The position numbers and the translations under genes were made by a program. Source: Vermamoeba vermiformis (taxonomy: Eukaryota). From it: a stretch of DNA of 64,000 bases. Positions within the stretch are counted from its first letter, which is position 1. Each line of letters begins with the position of its first letter. Location: positions 124,001 through 188,000 of the forward strand of contig JBEWZL010000145.1 of assembly GCA_045837725.1 (NCBI GenBank), in the 5' to 3' direction. Of the stretch, positions 38,963 through 53,200 are shown in pieces. The notes beneath the pieces were generated by a model. That model searched no databases. It saw only the letters and a program-made list of their open reading frames with translations, and had not been told where the DNA came from.

Positions 38963-40316
38963 TTATGGACGATACAATAAAGGGAAGAATTGGCCCTATG
39001 AAAGATACTGCGATTAGGACAAGTCTGCATTGCAATGTTCGGTACGTACCTCAATCTTTTGCCCTTTAGGCACGACAGGCACACCAGACAACAAGGCCTC
39101 GTCGCTGTCTGACTTGGTGCCGTCTTGGAACACATTGACGACGACTGCTCGGCGAGGCACTTTTGAATTGTTGCCGTACGAGCCGTGGACCATGAGTGCG
39201 TGGTGAATGCACGCGTGTCCTTTCTATTGTGACGGTGACACGTGTCAGACAAAGCAAAGTATTTACATGCAAAGTACGTACCTTTAACAGCATGGGCTTG
39301 CGGTTCTCAAACTGAACGAGCTGTGCAGGTGTGAGCACTTCTTTGATCGAGTCCATGTTGTTGAAGTGGCGACTAGTGATCGGCAACAGGTCCCATTTGT
39401 GCGAGCCTGGGATGTAGTGCAAACAGCCATTCTCCACTGGTGAGTCACGTGTTAGAAAGTGAGATCTAAACTAATGGAATGGACTTACGGGTCTGGTCGT
39501 CGAGTGCAATGTGAATGGTCAAGTGGCACATGGGCGTAGATCTGGTCCAATAGCTGTAGTCTTGGTGCCAACTGGTCATTCATATCGATTAGTAACGTAC
39601 GTAATACGCGAAATGAAATGAACTTACGCCACAGGACCTCCGTGCTCCGCTGGCTTGCAAAACAATTGATCATGCCAGAAACGTACTGGCAACTGTTCTT
39701 CGGTGGCATTGATGCTCGCTGCGAGAAGTTGTGATGCTGGTGCTAGTATTGCTGGGTGCCATAGTATGTCTAGAGAACATTAGCATAATGAGGATCTAAG
39801 AAAGGAGTCGTACCGTGGTATGGAACTGAAATTCTCCATGCACCTGAACCAAAGAAAGAAAAGTGTTATATTCGCGGGTATAGGACTTATAGTAGTATTC
39901 TTATTACCTAATGAATGGAATAAAACTTGATTGGGGTCACCAGACTCATTGGAATGAAATTCGTACCAGAGTCCAAACTGAATTTACGATCAGCGATGGT
40001 GCAAATAATTTTAAAAAATTGTTGATAATAATGTGGGATGGGAATTGAATTGAAGCAAATAGGTGGATCTGATTTCTTAAAGTTTCAGTGAAATTACCTT
40101 AGGATGCTTCTCGCTCATTAAAAGCGCTAGTTCCTTAATAAAATAATCGACTTGTTCTTCGGTCAATACAGGAATGTCGGTAACATAGCCGGTTGCATTG
40201 AAATGCTCGATCTGTTCCTTGCTCAATTTGAATTTTGCCCACTCTTCTTTAGTAGCAGGTTGCTGAACTAAATTCTTATCGATAGGGTGGTGAATAGTGC
40301 TAAGATCTCCTTCCAT
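38963..40316 (-). CDS. Phytanoyl-CoA dioxygenase (PhyH) family protein
   Basis: [49 protein letters not shown]. Confidence 0.9.
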
Positions 40317-40367
40317 AGTGATTTAAGTGTTGTGCTGCGGATGTGCTTTATTTCAGATCAAAACACA

Positions 40368-41635
40368 ATGGCAGACAACAACGAGAAGCCGATGGAAGTT
40401 GAAGAAGACTCCTTTGAAGAGGAGAATGAGAATGAAAGCGATCAAAACAATGCCGGTGAGGCAGGCAAAGACGGTGAACAGAAAAAGAAGGGCAGAAAAC
40501 GAAAGCGCATCATCCCGTTCCATAAGATCAAGGCTCACAAGAATCCTTTATCTGACAGCAATATTAAATAGTAAGTGCTTGATATTATTTTTAATTATAT
40601 ATTACGAATTTGTGTCGTTCAGTGCCTTCGGGTTCTGCGATAAATCCAAAAATAATCAAAAAATATCTAAAATTAAATTATCTGCACTACCGTTCGTGCA
40701 TATAAAAATACTAGATATTTTATTGCATATTTTAATTAATTTATTATTTTGAAGCCCCATCTCGCCCGACGCCGTTGACTGGACCAAATTCTATCCCAAG
40801 ATTGACAGTGCTACTCAACACGTTGAATTCGCTGATATTGGATGTGGTTTTGGTGGTCTATTAAGTACGTACTGTAGTACTAATCATCATTCGGCCGTTA
40901 CAAATTATTTTTTTTGCTCTGGATCTCGCGTGTTTGACGCAACGCCACGCCGTTCAAACGCATCTGTTACTAACAATACTTTTAATTATAGTCAGTCTGG
41001 CCAAGACGTACCCCGAAAACTTCTCCATGGGTCTAGAAATCAGACCTAAGGCCGTGGAATACGTGCAAGATCGCATTGACAAGCTGCGCAAGCGCGAAGA
41101 GGGCTTTAATATTGCAGTGGTGCAAACGAATGCCATGAAATACTTGCCGAATTACTTTAAGAAGGGTCAGGTACGCACTTACTATTGACATTAAATAACA
41201 AAACCAAATATTGATTTCTTTCGTAGTTGAAAAAAATGTTCTTTTTGTTCCAAGATCCGCACTTCAAGAAAAAGAACGAAAAGCGACGAATTATCAGCAC
41301 TTCATTATTGGCCGAATACGCTTATTTGATGGCTGTAGGTGGTCGAGTGTACATTATTACAGACGTGAAAGAATTGTTTGACTGGGAGTACTCGCACTTG
41401 AAGAAACATCCGCTCTTCCAAGAAGTGCTTGAGAAGGATTATGTAAGTCTAAATATACTATACTAGGGACCTATTAACTCATATGATGTCATAGGGTGAT
41501 GATAAGTGCGTGGACTTGATTCAAAATGCTACCGAAGAGGGCAGAAAAGTGACGCGTGAATCGGGCAGCAAATGGTTTGCCGTGTTCACACGCGTTGAAG
41601 ATCCTTATTCAGCTCAAAACAACGCCAATTCTTGA
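40368..41635 (+). CDS. METTL1: tRNA (guanine-N7)-methyltransferase catalytic subunit
   Basis: AHKNPLSD, FADIGCGFGGL, GLEIR, NAMKYLPNYF, DPHFKK, YIITDV, TEEGRKV. Confidence 0.96.
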
Positions 41636-41677
41636 AGTAAAACAGCTTTATTTAAATACAACGAGCACAAGTCCTAT

Positions 41678-44600
41678 TTACATTCGTCGCTGCGCTTGTC
41701 GCTTGCTTTCAATGTCGAGCTGGTCGTCTTTTTTCGACTTGAAGAACTGTGCAATACTTGCAAAGCTAGCGCCGAAGTTCGTATTGCTGTCGGGCTTGAT
41801 GAGCCGCGATGAGATCCATTTAGGCAGCTTATTTACTATACTACTGCGTGTGTATCGCTGGTCAATCATCACGATCGAGGCGTAGTCCCGGGCATGTCTG
41901 ATGGATCGGCCAATGGACTGATTGACTGCTTTCATACACAAGTTCTCGTAGTACTCGGAACCAGTGATCAGCTTGACCGAGTCTTTGGTGTTGATTTCTT
42001 GCGCCTTCTTGTTGATGTAGTTCATTTTCTCTTGCAGCACAGGGTCTTTGCTGTTCGGATACGGCAAGCCAACGACAACAACGCAGCGACCAAGTCCGTC
42101 TGAGAAGTTAATGCCTTCACTCATCTTGCCGCCCACGACACAGCTCAACAGGGCTCCTTTGGGCTTGTTGATCGGATTGTGGTTTTGGTCCTAGCAAGCA
42201 AGTCAATAACAATTCGCTCGTGCCCAATGAAGTACTCACAAATTCTGGGAAGTTATTTTCAATGCACTCTGCATAGGCACGCAATGTGTCCTCAACTTTG
42301 TTCGCTTGACGAGGCTCCCGGAATATCTAACCACGACCATTATTAGTCCGAGTCAGGGAGCATCTATATACACTGTGACAAGCCTACCTTCTTCTTGGCT
42401 TCGATGCGCTTGTCAATGCCGAGCTGACGCCAGATATTGTGCGTGTAATCTTCGTAGTAGTATGAAGGGAAGAACACGACAACACCGTCAGGGACCACGG
42501 TGCAGATGTTCACGAGTACTTGGCCCAGTTCTTCGAGCTAGCAAATTCTTGTTAGTGACATTACGTACAAATATCAGGTCACGCACCATCTTTTCGTTGG
42601 TTCTGCTGCTGAAAGTGAAGTCAAAGTCGATGTTGTTAGGCCCCTTGTTGACAATCAGCGCCACTAAATTCTCATCGGGGATGATGTGCGAGCACGAGAA
42701 GGTCGTTAGTCTCTCCTGTGGCACTTTGCCTCCGAACAGCTGTTGCGTGAAGTCCGTGATCTAAGTGGCGCGGTGTCAGGGTCATTGTGTTATTTCGGAG
42801 TTATCTTTTGTTGACTTACAGGCTGCATAGTACCGCCAGCTAGAATGACAGCGCGTGCTTGTTGCACAATGTCTTGGAAGTGTAGCTCGGGATTCAAGAG
42901 CAAAAACTTCATCGTCGACTTCTTCCAGTCTGGTACCGGTGACACGTGTCAGAAGCATAGCAGGTTGAAATTAATATTAATATTAAATATGTACCTGACT
43001 GCCGTGTGACGAGAATTCTTCCGTCTTGCACGCTGTTAGTGAGTGCCAAGAGAAATGACTCGATCATTCCGAGGGCGGGTCTGTGCACTGAAAAATCTTC
43101 GCTGGCCAGCTGTACTTTGACTAAACAAGGCAATCAGTCAACTAAAACTGTCCGATACACCACATTAATAATGTCTATTACGTACTGACAGTGTCCTGCG
43201 TGTGATTTTTGACCTCGACTTGGTAACTCTCGCAGAAGCCATTGACTTTCTTAACAATCTCACTGCGCTTAATGTACTTTTCAATTTTGAACATGTTCAT
43301 GTTGTCAATGCCCGTCTCGAACAGAAAATCATTCAAGTTGTGAATCGCACTCGATGGCTCTGATACGTTACTGGTCAAACACATGGATCCAGATCCAGAT
43401 CTGATTTCTTACCTTGCACTAGAGTCTTATTGTTATCACTATTATCTTCCTTATTCGGTCCATTAGTATTCTTCTTAGGCTCTAAATACTTCAAAAACGC
43501 TTTCAAAATGAACAACAGTTTCTCAATGTAAGAAATGTTCTTCGGTTTCAATCGCTTCAAATAGCGCTCTAAATATTGCGTCAATTGCGCGTGCGCTTGT
43601 GATATCTAAATAAGGAAATCAGTCACGTGGTCTTATCGTCGAGTAGTTTTTAAGGCGTGCCTTCAATACGTCAACCTCCACGCTGTAAATGTTGTTGATG
43701 GTCTCAATCAAGTTGTGAGCCTCGTCAAAGATGACAATGTTGTCGCTCAAATTAATATCCAGTGCTTCACGCGTCTCTTTGTGCAGGATCATTTGGTACG
43801 GCAGAATCACCAACTGTTGAGAAATGGAGTTTGTTAGGACGATATTTGCAGTTACCAAATAAGGCAAGTAGAGGGACGTACTTCAGCGGTTTTGATGGCA
43901 GATCGTGAGGCATAATAAGGGCACGTGTGGAGTTGTTTGCCCAGGGCTCCTAACTCTTCAATATCTTTGGCTTGGGCAAGGATCTTATCGCGGAAAATGA
44001 TCTGTTGATCGGGATTGTAGTAATCACAACGAGATTCACGCGCTGGTTGCTTTTCTAATAATTGCGCTTGTTTCTTATCGCGTCGGACGTCTTTCAGTGA
44101 ATTCGACTTCATCATGTCGAGACACGCGTCATTGATCTGATTGACAGTTGGCAAGAATTTGACCTGTGCATTAATGCAAAGATTCTTTCGTGAACCGAGA
44201 TTGACGAGTTTAATGTCTTCGAAGAATTTTGTGCGCTTGACTTCATTCACGAACTGCGTCAACTGCGAGTGCGTGCGACTGCAGTAGTAGATCTGAACGA
44301 AGTATAAATAAATAGGATAAATATAAACAGTTAATTAGGTACCTTTCTGACTTCAAAATTGTTTTTCTCTTCGTCGTTCTCTGGATTCAGTTTGAGATCT
44401 TTTTCGTCTTCGTCATCGCTGTCAATAATGCCGTAAAGTGCTTTCAATCCCTTTTTATCCAAGTCTTCTAATTTACTGCTCTCATCCTCCTCGCTCTCAT
44501 AATCATCGAGCAAGTGCTTGCTGTCGTCTTGATCTGCATTTTTGTTGTCTTTTTTCTTCGTACCGTCATTCTTGTCAACAGTTAGCTATTGTAATATCCC

Positions 44601-45198
44601 GAATAACTTCAATATCATACCATTTTGCGCATTTTTTGCACGGACCAGACGTACTCTGACTCACGCACTCGTTTGAGTCTGTTGCGCTGTTTTGAGATCT
44701 TCTCAGCCTGTTCTTGTTCGAGGGCTTGCTGTCGCTCAGCTTCTTTGCTCTTCTTGTACTCGATCATCCATTGCGGCACTATCATAATTTCATTTTAATA
44801 CGCGTTATTAAGCGAATAATAATCAACTTACGTTCTTTCTTTGGCGTGGATTCAGTCGCATTAGTTGTGCTGGTCGTAGAAGTGTTTGCAGTGTCTGTAG
44901 CGAGTGGCTTAGCCTCATTATCACGCAGCCATTGAAGAGCACTGCAAATAATACTCAAGGATTTGCCCTTATTTATTTGGAATAAATATTCAAATTATGT
45001 ATTTTTAAATTAATTCTAAGTATTTACCGTTCCAGTCGGTGACTCAAAAACGCCTACATTCTTCTTATCCAACGTTGAATATAAATTTGTCATAAAATCA
45101 GTCTGGATGCTGTAAGGATTGAACGGAAATGAAAATTCAGGCTTCTTCTTCGCTTCATTTGGAGTTGACTGCGCATTAGACGCATTTTGCTGTTCCAT
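41678..45198 (-). CDS. DDX11: DDX11/ChlR1 Fe-S DNA helicase
   Basis: [64 protein letters not shown]. Confidence 0.96.
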
Positions 45199-45432
45199 TT
45201 GTGCTATTTACTGGAACAACGAATTTAAAAATTTAAATGTCAAATGGCGGGAGCAGAACCTAGCATTAGCACCCTCTATCGAAAGATTCTAGAAGATTAA
45301 TTTTACCACTTGGAGGTTAGAAAAACAACGCTTTAATGGTATATTATACAATTATACAGTCTATTTACATTTAAAACAAACTTCGTGTTTCGATCGCGAC
45401 CCGATCTTATCGAGTTTCGTGACATACACGTA

Positions 45433-46636
45433 TTAGAAGAAATAGGGCGTAGCTATATCCACGCGCAGTTTGCTCGCCAATTGCTGCAGCTTATCGTGAC
45501 TAACAAAAGTCCCGATCAAGTTGACACGTCGTAGTTGAGGCAATTGAGCGAGTGACGAGATGCTTTTGTTGCTGATATTCGTCTGCATCATCTCCAGCGC
45601 TGTCAGATTGCTTAGCTTGGTAATGTGGGGCAGTGCTGCCTCGCTGAACAGGCAATTGTTTATGGTGAGGCTTTGTAGCAGACTGAGCGCGAATACTCTG
45701 TCGAGAAGCAGCGCATTACTTCTGAAATTATTCGATAAATTCAGCGAGGTCAGCGCAGTCAGGCTGGTGAGGACATTGGAGTCTTCTAAGCCACAAGATG
45801 CGACGTCTAAGTGACGCAGAGCGGAGAATTTCGATAAGATGTTGTCCGCTGCAAGATGTGTACATCCTTGTATGGTTAGACTCTCCAGCTGACGGAGTTT
45901 TGTCAGAAAAACAATGCTGGATCGAGCAATCTTTGTACAGAAGTTCAGGTTGAGTTCTTTGAGTCCAGTGAGGGTAGCCACCGGCGTAATATCAACCAAT
46001 CGATCAGAATACTGCAGAACCAGCCTCGTCAAGTTTGCCAAGCCCGCTAGTGCACCGAAATCCGTGATCAAGTTATGCGTGAGGTCCAAGCAGTGCAAAC
46101 GAGTTAAATGAGCTATGTACGTGAAGTTCTCGATATAAATATTGCCCAAATTAAGGTGCGTCAAATTTTGAAGCTGAAATAGAATTCGTAACTCGTCATC
46201 TATCGTGCACCCTCCAAGATCTAACCGTTGCAGCCTTGTTAATCGTCCAAATGAAAGAATTGCTGTACTATCGACTATATTGGGTGCATTTAGAACGTTG
46301 ATTTCTGTTAGCGCTTGCGGTACAAGTAAGTACCAGCTTTTGCTAACGGCACTTGATCTTAGTCTGTCGGAGATGGACAAATAAGTTAATATATGTGCCC
46401 ACAATTCTTCTGGAAGGTAAGGCGTTGCAAGGTCTAAATTATAATTAATTAGTTCTTTAATCACAATTTTTGACGTAAGATCTTTACCATTTGTGCGAAT
46501 GGAATTCCTTGCCTTCTTCGATACAGGGGCAATCGAGTCACTTTTCCGTTTCCTCCCTCTACCTATATATAGAATAGCAGAATATATAAGAAATTCCTTA
46601 TCGTCTTTGTCTGACACTTCTTTCGGCTGGCGCCAT
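45433..46636 (-). CDS. F-box/leucine-rich repeat protein (start uncertain)
   Basis: LPEELWAHILTYL..VSKSW F-box followed by LxxLxxLxL repeats. Confidence 0.82.
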
Positions 46637-46891
46637 CTGCTTACCTGACAGCGGCGCACTTCTAGTTCACGCCTCGGTGGCGTCGCAATATGCACAAAGG
46701 GATATAAAAACAAGTTATACTATTGAGGTATCCGATTCGTAACTTAATCTTCAAAGGGAAACTCTTGATCTTCCTTTTTTTTCCGCTTTTTTATCAATTT
46801 TAATTTGCGAACGCTTTTTTGATAGGCAATTTCTTGAGAATATTTATTTCATGTTCTTACAAGCACCTCTTTGGTCCATTCATATTGTAAA

Positions 46892-49800
46892 ATGAGTGAA
46901 ACTGGCCAAGATGCACAGACAGAAGATTTCTTTGGCGATTTCCATGCCGCTAATGTGAATACTGCACCTCAAAATCCCGAGTTGATTGACCAACATAATT
47001 CTAACGGCAATGAGGCAACGACCAAGGTAATCTGACGTAGCCAAAATTTTGACTGTTACAAGCCAACAAATAATTAAAAATTTCTTATTTCAACGCCAAA
47101 ACTACATTAATATATCCTAATATTATTTATAGTAATATATAATATATTTTTGCGTATTTTAGAAGTGAAAATCATATTTTGATCTAATGAAAATTATTAG
47201 GTTGAGGATACAGCTGCACCTGAGTCACAAAATAATAACGACCAACCTACTCAAGACACTAACGCCGTTGTTACCACCGACACGACATCTGGTGATTTTT
47301 TCAACCCTGACTTTTCATCGTCGAGCAACACGGGTTCAGGTCAAGCAGCTGACTTTTCTGAACTTAAATTTCCCAATGGTTCATTGCCTGCTACCAGCGA
47401 CTTGTTAGACATTAACTTTGGCAACCTTCCTGTCGAGCCCACACCCCCAACTCCCGGCACACCGAGCATTGAAGTGCACTTTGCAGGCCCGAGCGATCAG
47501 AATAGTGAAGTGTCCAACGAGACCAAGTCGGACACTGACAGCTCGGCCCCAACAGACTCGTGGAGTGTGAGCACTCAATACCCCGAGTCGCGTGCTGACG
47601 GTGAGAGTGTCAGAGATGATGCCAAGTCAGAACAGTCCCTCGAAGACAAGTCACAACTGGCTGAAGACGGTAGTGACGCTTTTGACTTCCCTACACCAAA
47701 GGAAGGTGTTGTGAATGACCAGAAAGACGACGCGCCTGTCAGCAACACGACTGATGCCTTGGACTTTGACTTCCCTGCCCCGGGCACACAGCCTGAGCAA
47801 CAAGCCCAAGAAGCTGTTGAAACACCCAAGAGCGAAGAGCCTGACGAAAGTGTGCTGTTGACACCTGTACAGGCCTCAGAGGACAAGCCATCAGAAGTGC
47901 AAGATGACATGATCAGCGTGACCAGCGACACTGTGCCCACGAGCACAAACAATGACTTTGCGTTTGACGACGAATTCAAATCTGCTCCAGTGGCTACTGA
48001 GGGCTCTGTTCCATCAAACAATGCTACGGAGATCAAGTCTGATAACTCATCTCTCGAGCACTCGACAAACGAGGAACACGAGAAGAGCAATGCAAAGATT
48101 ACTCAAGAAGAGAAGGTGCCTGAGACTACAAACACTCAACCCTCAGAGGACTTTTTTGGCAGTACACCTCTTGCGTCAGCTACTGAAACTCCTGCCAACG
48201 AGTCAACTTCATCCGACTTTGATTTCCCTGCACCAAGTGAACCACAACCGCAACAGCCAATAGAACAAAGCAAGCCAGAGGAGCCTGAATCTAAACCTGA
48301 TACTTCGAGTGGCAACAACGATTTCACTTTTGACACCGAATTCACTTCAGTTGCGACATCAGAGAACAAACAAGCTGAAGAGCCTGTTCAAGAGAAGCCC
48401 GCGGAAGAATCAAATCAGCCCAAGTCAAGCAACGATTTCGAGTTCGAGAGCGAATTTACTTCAGATCCTACTCCCACTAATGAAGACAAACAGCCGGAGA
48501 ATGTAGAAGAAAACAAACCGACGGAGACCCCAGCCAAGTCTGACAATGATTTTGAATTTGAGGGCGAATTTACCTCTGCTACCGGCGTGTCTGCAACCAC
48601 CGCTACTTCTGAAGAGAAGCAGCCCGAGAACAGTGAAGAGAGCAAACCAGTAGAGCCTAGCCCAGTCAAGTCTGACAATGACTTCGAATTTGAATCCGAG
48701 TTCGCTTCTGCTCCAACAACTGCCGTTGAAGAGAAGAAATCGGAGACTTCCGAAGAAAGCAAACCGGTGGAGACCACTCCAAGCAAGTCAGACAACGACT
48801 TTGAGTTTGAGGGCGAGTTCACATCGGCCCCGTCTCAACCCGCTGATGAGAAGAAGAGCGATAACGACTTCGAGTTTGAAGGTGAATTCACTTCAGCTCC
48901 GACTTCCAGCGTGCCAACTGCCACTAACAACACGGCGAACACCAATGATGACGATGATTTCTTTGACAGCGAGTTCCAAGCAGCACCTACAGCGCCACAA
49001 GTGCCACAAGAACAACCCCAAGCACCCAAGAGCGGTGGTACTTTCGAGGCTGATTTTGACGAAGACTTTGAAGGCTTTGCTCAAGCCCCGACCACACCAC
49101 AACCACCCGTCCAGCTTCCACAACCAGTCGCTCCTCAGACTCAATGGCTCTTTGACGGCAGTGAGACTGAAGTGCACGATCGCTTGCAAGCACTCGTGTC
49201 AACTTTGTTCGTGGCACCAGTGCCGAGCAAGGTGCTGCCCGACATTAACACCACAGTGGAAGAGAAGCTCGAAGAATTGCGTAGCTCAGCCCCTGTCGCT
49301 GACACCACACCTGTGGCTCTCCCTGCCCCGAGTGTATTTGCTGAACATTTGAAGGAACTGCTGGCCTCAGTCGTAAGTACCTTTATTACTGTTTGTATTA
49401 GAGCGAACAGGATCGTTGACCGGTCCTTTCACTGACAGCCACGCCCAAATAGGGCCCCACAACCCCCGTCCCCGGCCTCCAACCTGCGCGAACTCGTCCT
49501 AAACGATCCCCGTTTGACACCCATCTATCGAAAAAAGATATTCTAAGCCTCTTAAAGAAGGTGCGTAGACTGCATTAACGCACGTCAACTGAGTTCTGAC
49601 TCTTTTTCTGTCATTAGGAAACATCAGCGGTGTTGCACGTGTCCCCAAGACCCACACTGCCCTCAGCACGAGGCAAGAAGAGAAAGAACAGTGCAACTCC
49701 CTCACCCAATACGACCCCTGCAACCGCAAAACAGCCTCCCACACCACAGCCCAAGGCATCCACGACTCAACCCAAAGCCGGACTTTTACCACCAGCTCAA

Positions 49801-49992
49801 CTGCCGAAAGCATCACCGACACTCGCCAAGACAAATGTACAGGTCCCTACACAAGCAGCGGACAACCGACCTAAGCCCAACGAGACACCAGAAGAGAAGT
49901 CTAATCGGCTCGTCAACGAACTAGTGCAAAGTGTACCAGATCTGTCCTTCATGCTACTGGAGGAGTTCAGAACCGTGAATGTAGCCATGTAA
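46892..49992 (+). CDS. Aftiphilin-like acidic disordered adaptor-binding protein
   Basis: N-terminal EDFFGDF, many acidic-Phe motifs, C-terminal VPDLSFML resembling the aftiphilin C-terminus. Confidence 0.65.
48422..48900 (+). repeat. Coding repeat KSDNDFEFE[GS]EFTSA, five near-identical copies
   Basis: Units begin at about 48422, 48536, 48668, 48785 and 48854; codons differ synonymously between copies. Confidence 0.9.
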
Positions 49993-50297
49993 TATTAGAC
50001 CATCTCGATGGTGTATTTGTACGTACTTGTAAATAGACGGCGTAGGAAGAAATAATTGCGGGGCCCTCCGAACCGGTTTTTATATTCGATTGGCTGAGTT
50101 TACGGATCACAAAATTCAAAAATTGCGCTTTTGAAACAGTTCTCAATATGTTCCACTTTCGTGGAAGCTCTAACTTGGAGAAGACTTTAGTTTAAAAATT
50201 AATTTACTCCTTGCCAAATTTGGTTGAGATCTTAAAAAAATAGCCGGAGCGATAATTTACGCAATTATCGTTTTGAAATAGCGCCTATTTGTCAACA

Positions 50298-53200
50298 ATG
50301 AGTGACAACAAGAAAGAAAAAAGGAATGGAGGCGCGCACGAGCCTCCAACTGTGATCTATACAGCAGCCGGTTGCGTGAACAGCGCATGCGTTATTCAGC
50401 TCTTTCAAAGCCAGCATATTCCTTTTAAACAAATAGATACAACTAAAAATGAGGAGGCTATCAACGAACTATTGACCAAACACGGCAAGTCTTACGTTCC
50501 GTTAGTCTTTCATCTAGGCGAGTACGTTGGGGTAAGTAGAGCAACAATCAATATTCCTTTAGTATAATGTTATTTCCCTATTGGTGTGCAAATATACTAT
50601 GAAAATACGCTGTGATATATTCGAAAGCAAGCTGGGAGATAATTTAAAATTCAAAATAAACTAATATTATTATTTTGTCCAGGACACCGAAGCTATATTA
50701 TTATTACATAGACAAGGACAACTATTAAAAAAGTTGAAAATTGATGAGAACACAAAATCGAACGGTGAAAAATCTTCAGAGGTCGAAAATTTACCGATCG
50801 ACGCGGGCAAACAAAAATTCATGCAAGTAAGTAGCTTATAAATATATTACGAGTATATCATATGGAAGGAATAATCAAATTCAATCTCGAAACTACGCTG
50901 ATGTCAAACAAATCACCACATTTAAATTTAATTTTTCCTCCGCAGCTCGATCAGCTGTACAAAGCAATGAAAGACCCTGCAAATGGCGTGCCCATTAAAA
51001 ACAGATTTGTAAATTATAAGACATTTAAAGGTAAGCTCTAACGATCTGATCGGCTTTTTTGGCGCTTTTTTAAACTCCGCTTGAACTACAGGCCGAACGC
51101 TCGTCAAATGGCTCGCAGCATATTTAAAGACAAGTGATGACGAGGCGATGAAAAAAGCTTATGAATTCTTCGCTGGTGGTTATTTTCATTCAATTAAGAC
51201 TGGCACCAATTTCAAAAACGATAATTCGCTCTATAGATTCAAGGTAAAATTTGATTAAGATTATATTAGTACCCTCCGTACTAATTTGCATGTTACTACG
51301 ATAGGAAGATGATGATAAAAAAGTTTTGAACGCTTGGCGCGTGGACGTTAGCGAGGAACAAAAGCCCGTTGAATTAGCAACTAAACTGCGCCAAACAATG
51401 TACAAATTATTGAGCAAGAATATCACTGCTGACTTTAAGAACATTGATTATGCCGAGATTAACACGTCAAAAGAGTTTTGGTTTTATTTGCAATTAGCGC
51501 TGTCACTCCAATCGGTAAAAACAATCTCCGAATGAATTATTAATTAATTTTATTAATTTATTTGCATTTTAGCTCGACTTGACGTCTTTAAGAGAATCAG
51601 AAAGAGTAACGTTCTTCTTGGATATTTTATACTGTATTATAATGCACGTGAACATCGTCTATGGACTGCCCACCAACACGAACCTCGTTAGTTTCTGGGA
51701 CTATTATGGCGACTATTCATACAACATTGACGGCACTAGCTACTCGGTCAGTGACATCATCAATGTACAGCTGCGTGGTAAGCGACCACTGCGTGAAAAA
51801 GATAAGGACAAGAATAAGGACTACGAGATTGGTGAAATTTCAGAGAAGAGGTAAGCACCGTTATTCGTGAAAATAGAAGCAATGATTAACGAGCCATACT
51901 GCTTAGAATTCACTTTGCCATCATGTCGTATTTCCCAATGCGCACGTGGAGCCCTCCCATAATGTTCTACTCGCCCGAGACTCTCAGCTTGGGCTTGCAA
52001 TGCGCTGCTCGTGTCTTTTGCGAGCGACAAATTGGCATGGACGTCAAGGCCCAAACAGTAAGTGCAATACAATCGCATTGCCGAGTATAGAAATTAATGA
52101 TTATAGGTGGCTTTGCCGCGCATGTTTGAACGCTACAAAGACGATTTTGGTGCGTCAGATTTAGAGGTGTTAGAATACATTTCAGAATTCATCAGCGGCG
52201 AGCGACAACAACAGTTCAAATTTTTGTTGCAAGGACGCTCTTCACTGATTCGCATCAAATATCACGATGACCCCAACGTGTTCAATGTCGAGGACAATAT
52301 TTTAGAGGGCGAGAATGTTGATCAAGACGAGGTCGCCAAAGTCATGTCGCGACGCATTCAAAAGCACCAATCAGAAGCCGAGGGCTCGAGCTCACTCAGT
52401 CTCGATCGGCTACACAGCGAGAGACTGTCGAAGGAGCTGTTCGGCTTGGTGCATTTGACTGAGCTCGACTTGTCGCGCAACAAACTCGATCAATTGCCCG
52501 CTGAATTCGCACAGTTGAACAAGTTGCGCTTCTTGAACTTGAACTCCAACAGACTGCGCACCTTAGAGAACTTTCCAACATTGAATTTGGAAGTATTAGA
52601 ACTTGCAGATAATTTGCTGCAAACAATCCCCGCTGTGTTTTGTCAATCTATGACGACACTGCGGTCCCTCAGTTTGGAGTCAAATCAACTGCAAAAACTG
52701 CCAAAAGAATTCTCGCATTTTCAAAAGCTGGAAGAGCTCTACTTGCAGTCCAATCAATTCACCCGTATTCCTTCAACTCTAGGTAAGATAACACAGGAGT
52801 AGACAAGTCCAGCTAACTTCGCGTTTCAGGAAAATTGCCTAATTTGGCAGTCTTGGAATTGAGTTTGAACAAAGTGAAGGACTTGGATCGGTTAGAGTCC
52901 CTAACGAGGCTAGAGGAGTTGTATTTGCACGATCAAACGCAATTTGTTCTAGACGAGGCTGGCGCTGCCAAATTCATTAATTTGCCTTACTTGGAAGTCC
53001 TGGACTTGAGCAAGAACGGTCTCTACGAACTGCCGCGTGCAATGTTTGCAGGCCTGACGTCATTGGAAGAACTTTACTTGCAAAACAACAAACTCGCTGA
53101 AATTCCTCCTGAGATCTGTTTGTTGCAGAACCTCATTGAACTGGACCTCGTAAGTACTATCAATCATTGTTATTCAGACCGAGTATTAACCCACACTCAC

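Noticed and set aside
48422-48900. Repeat-spacer pattern resembling a CRISPR array
   Set aside because: In-frame peptide repeats with synonymous variation and unequal spacers in a eukaryotic exon; no cas genes
47575-49352. Several long antisense and alternate-frame ORFs
   Set aside because: Shadows of a low-complexity coding exon; no independent motifs. The same applies to those over AP3B, ZZZ3 and DNLZ
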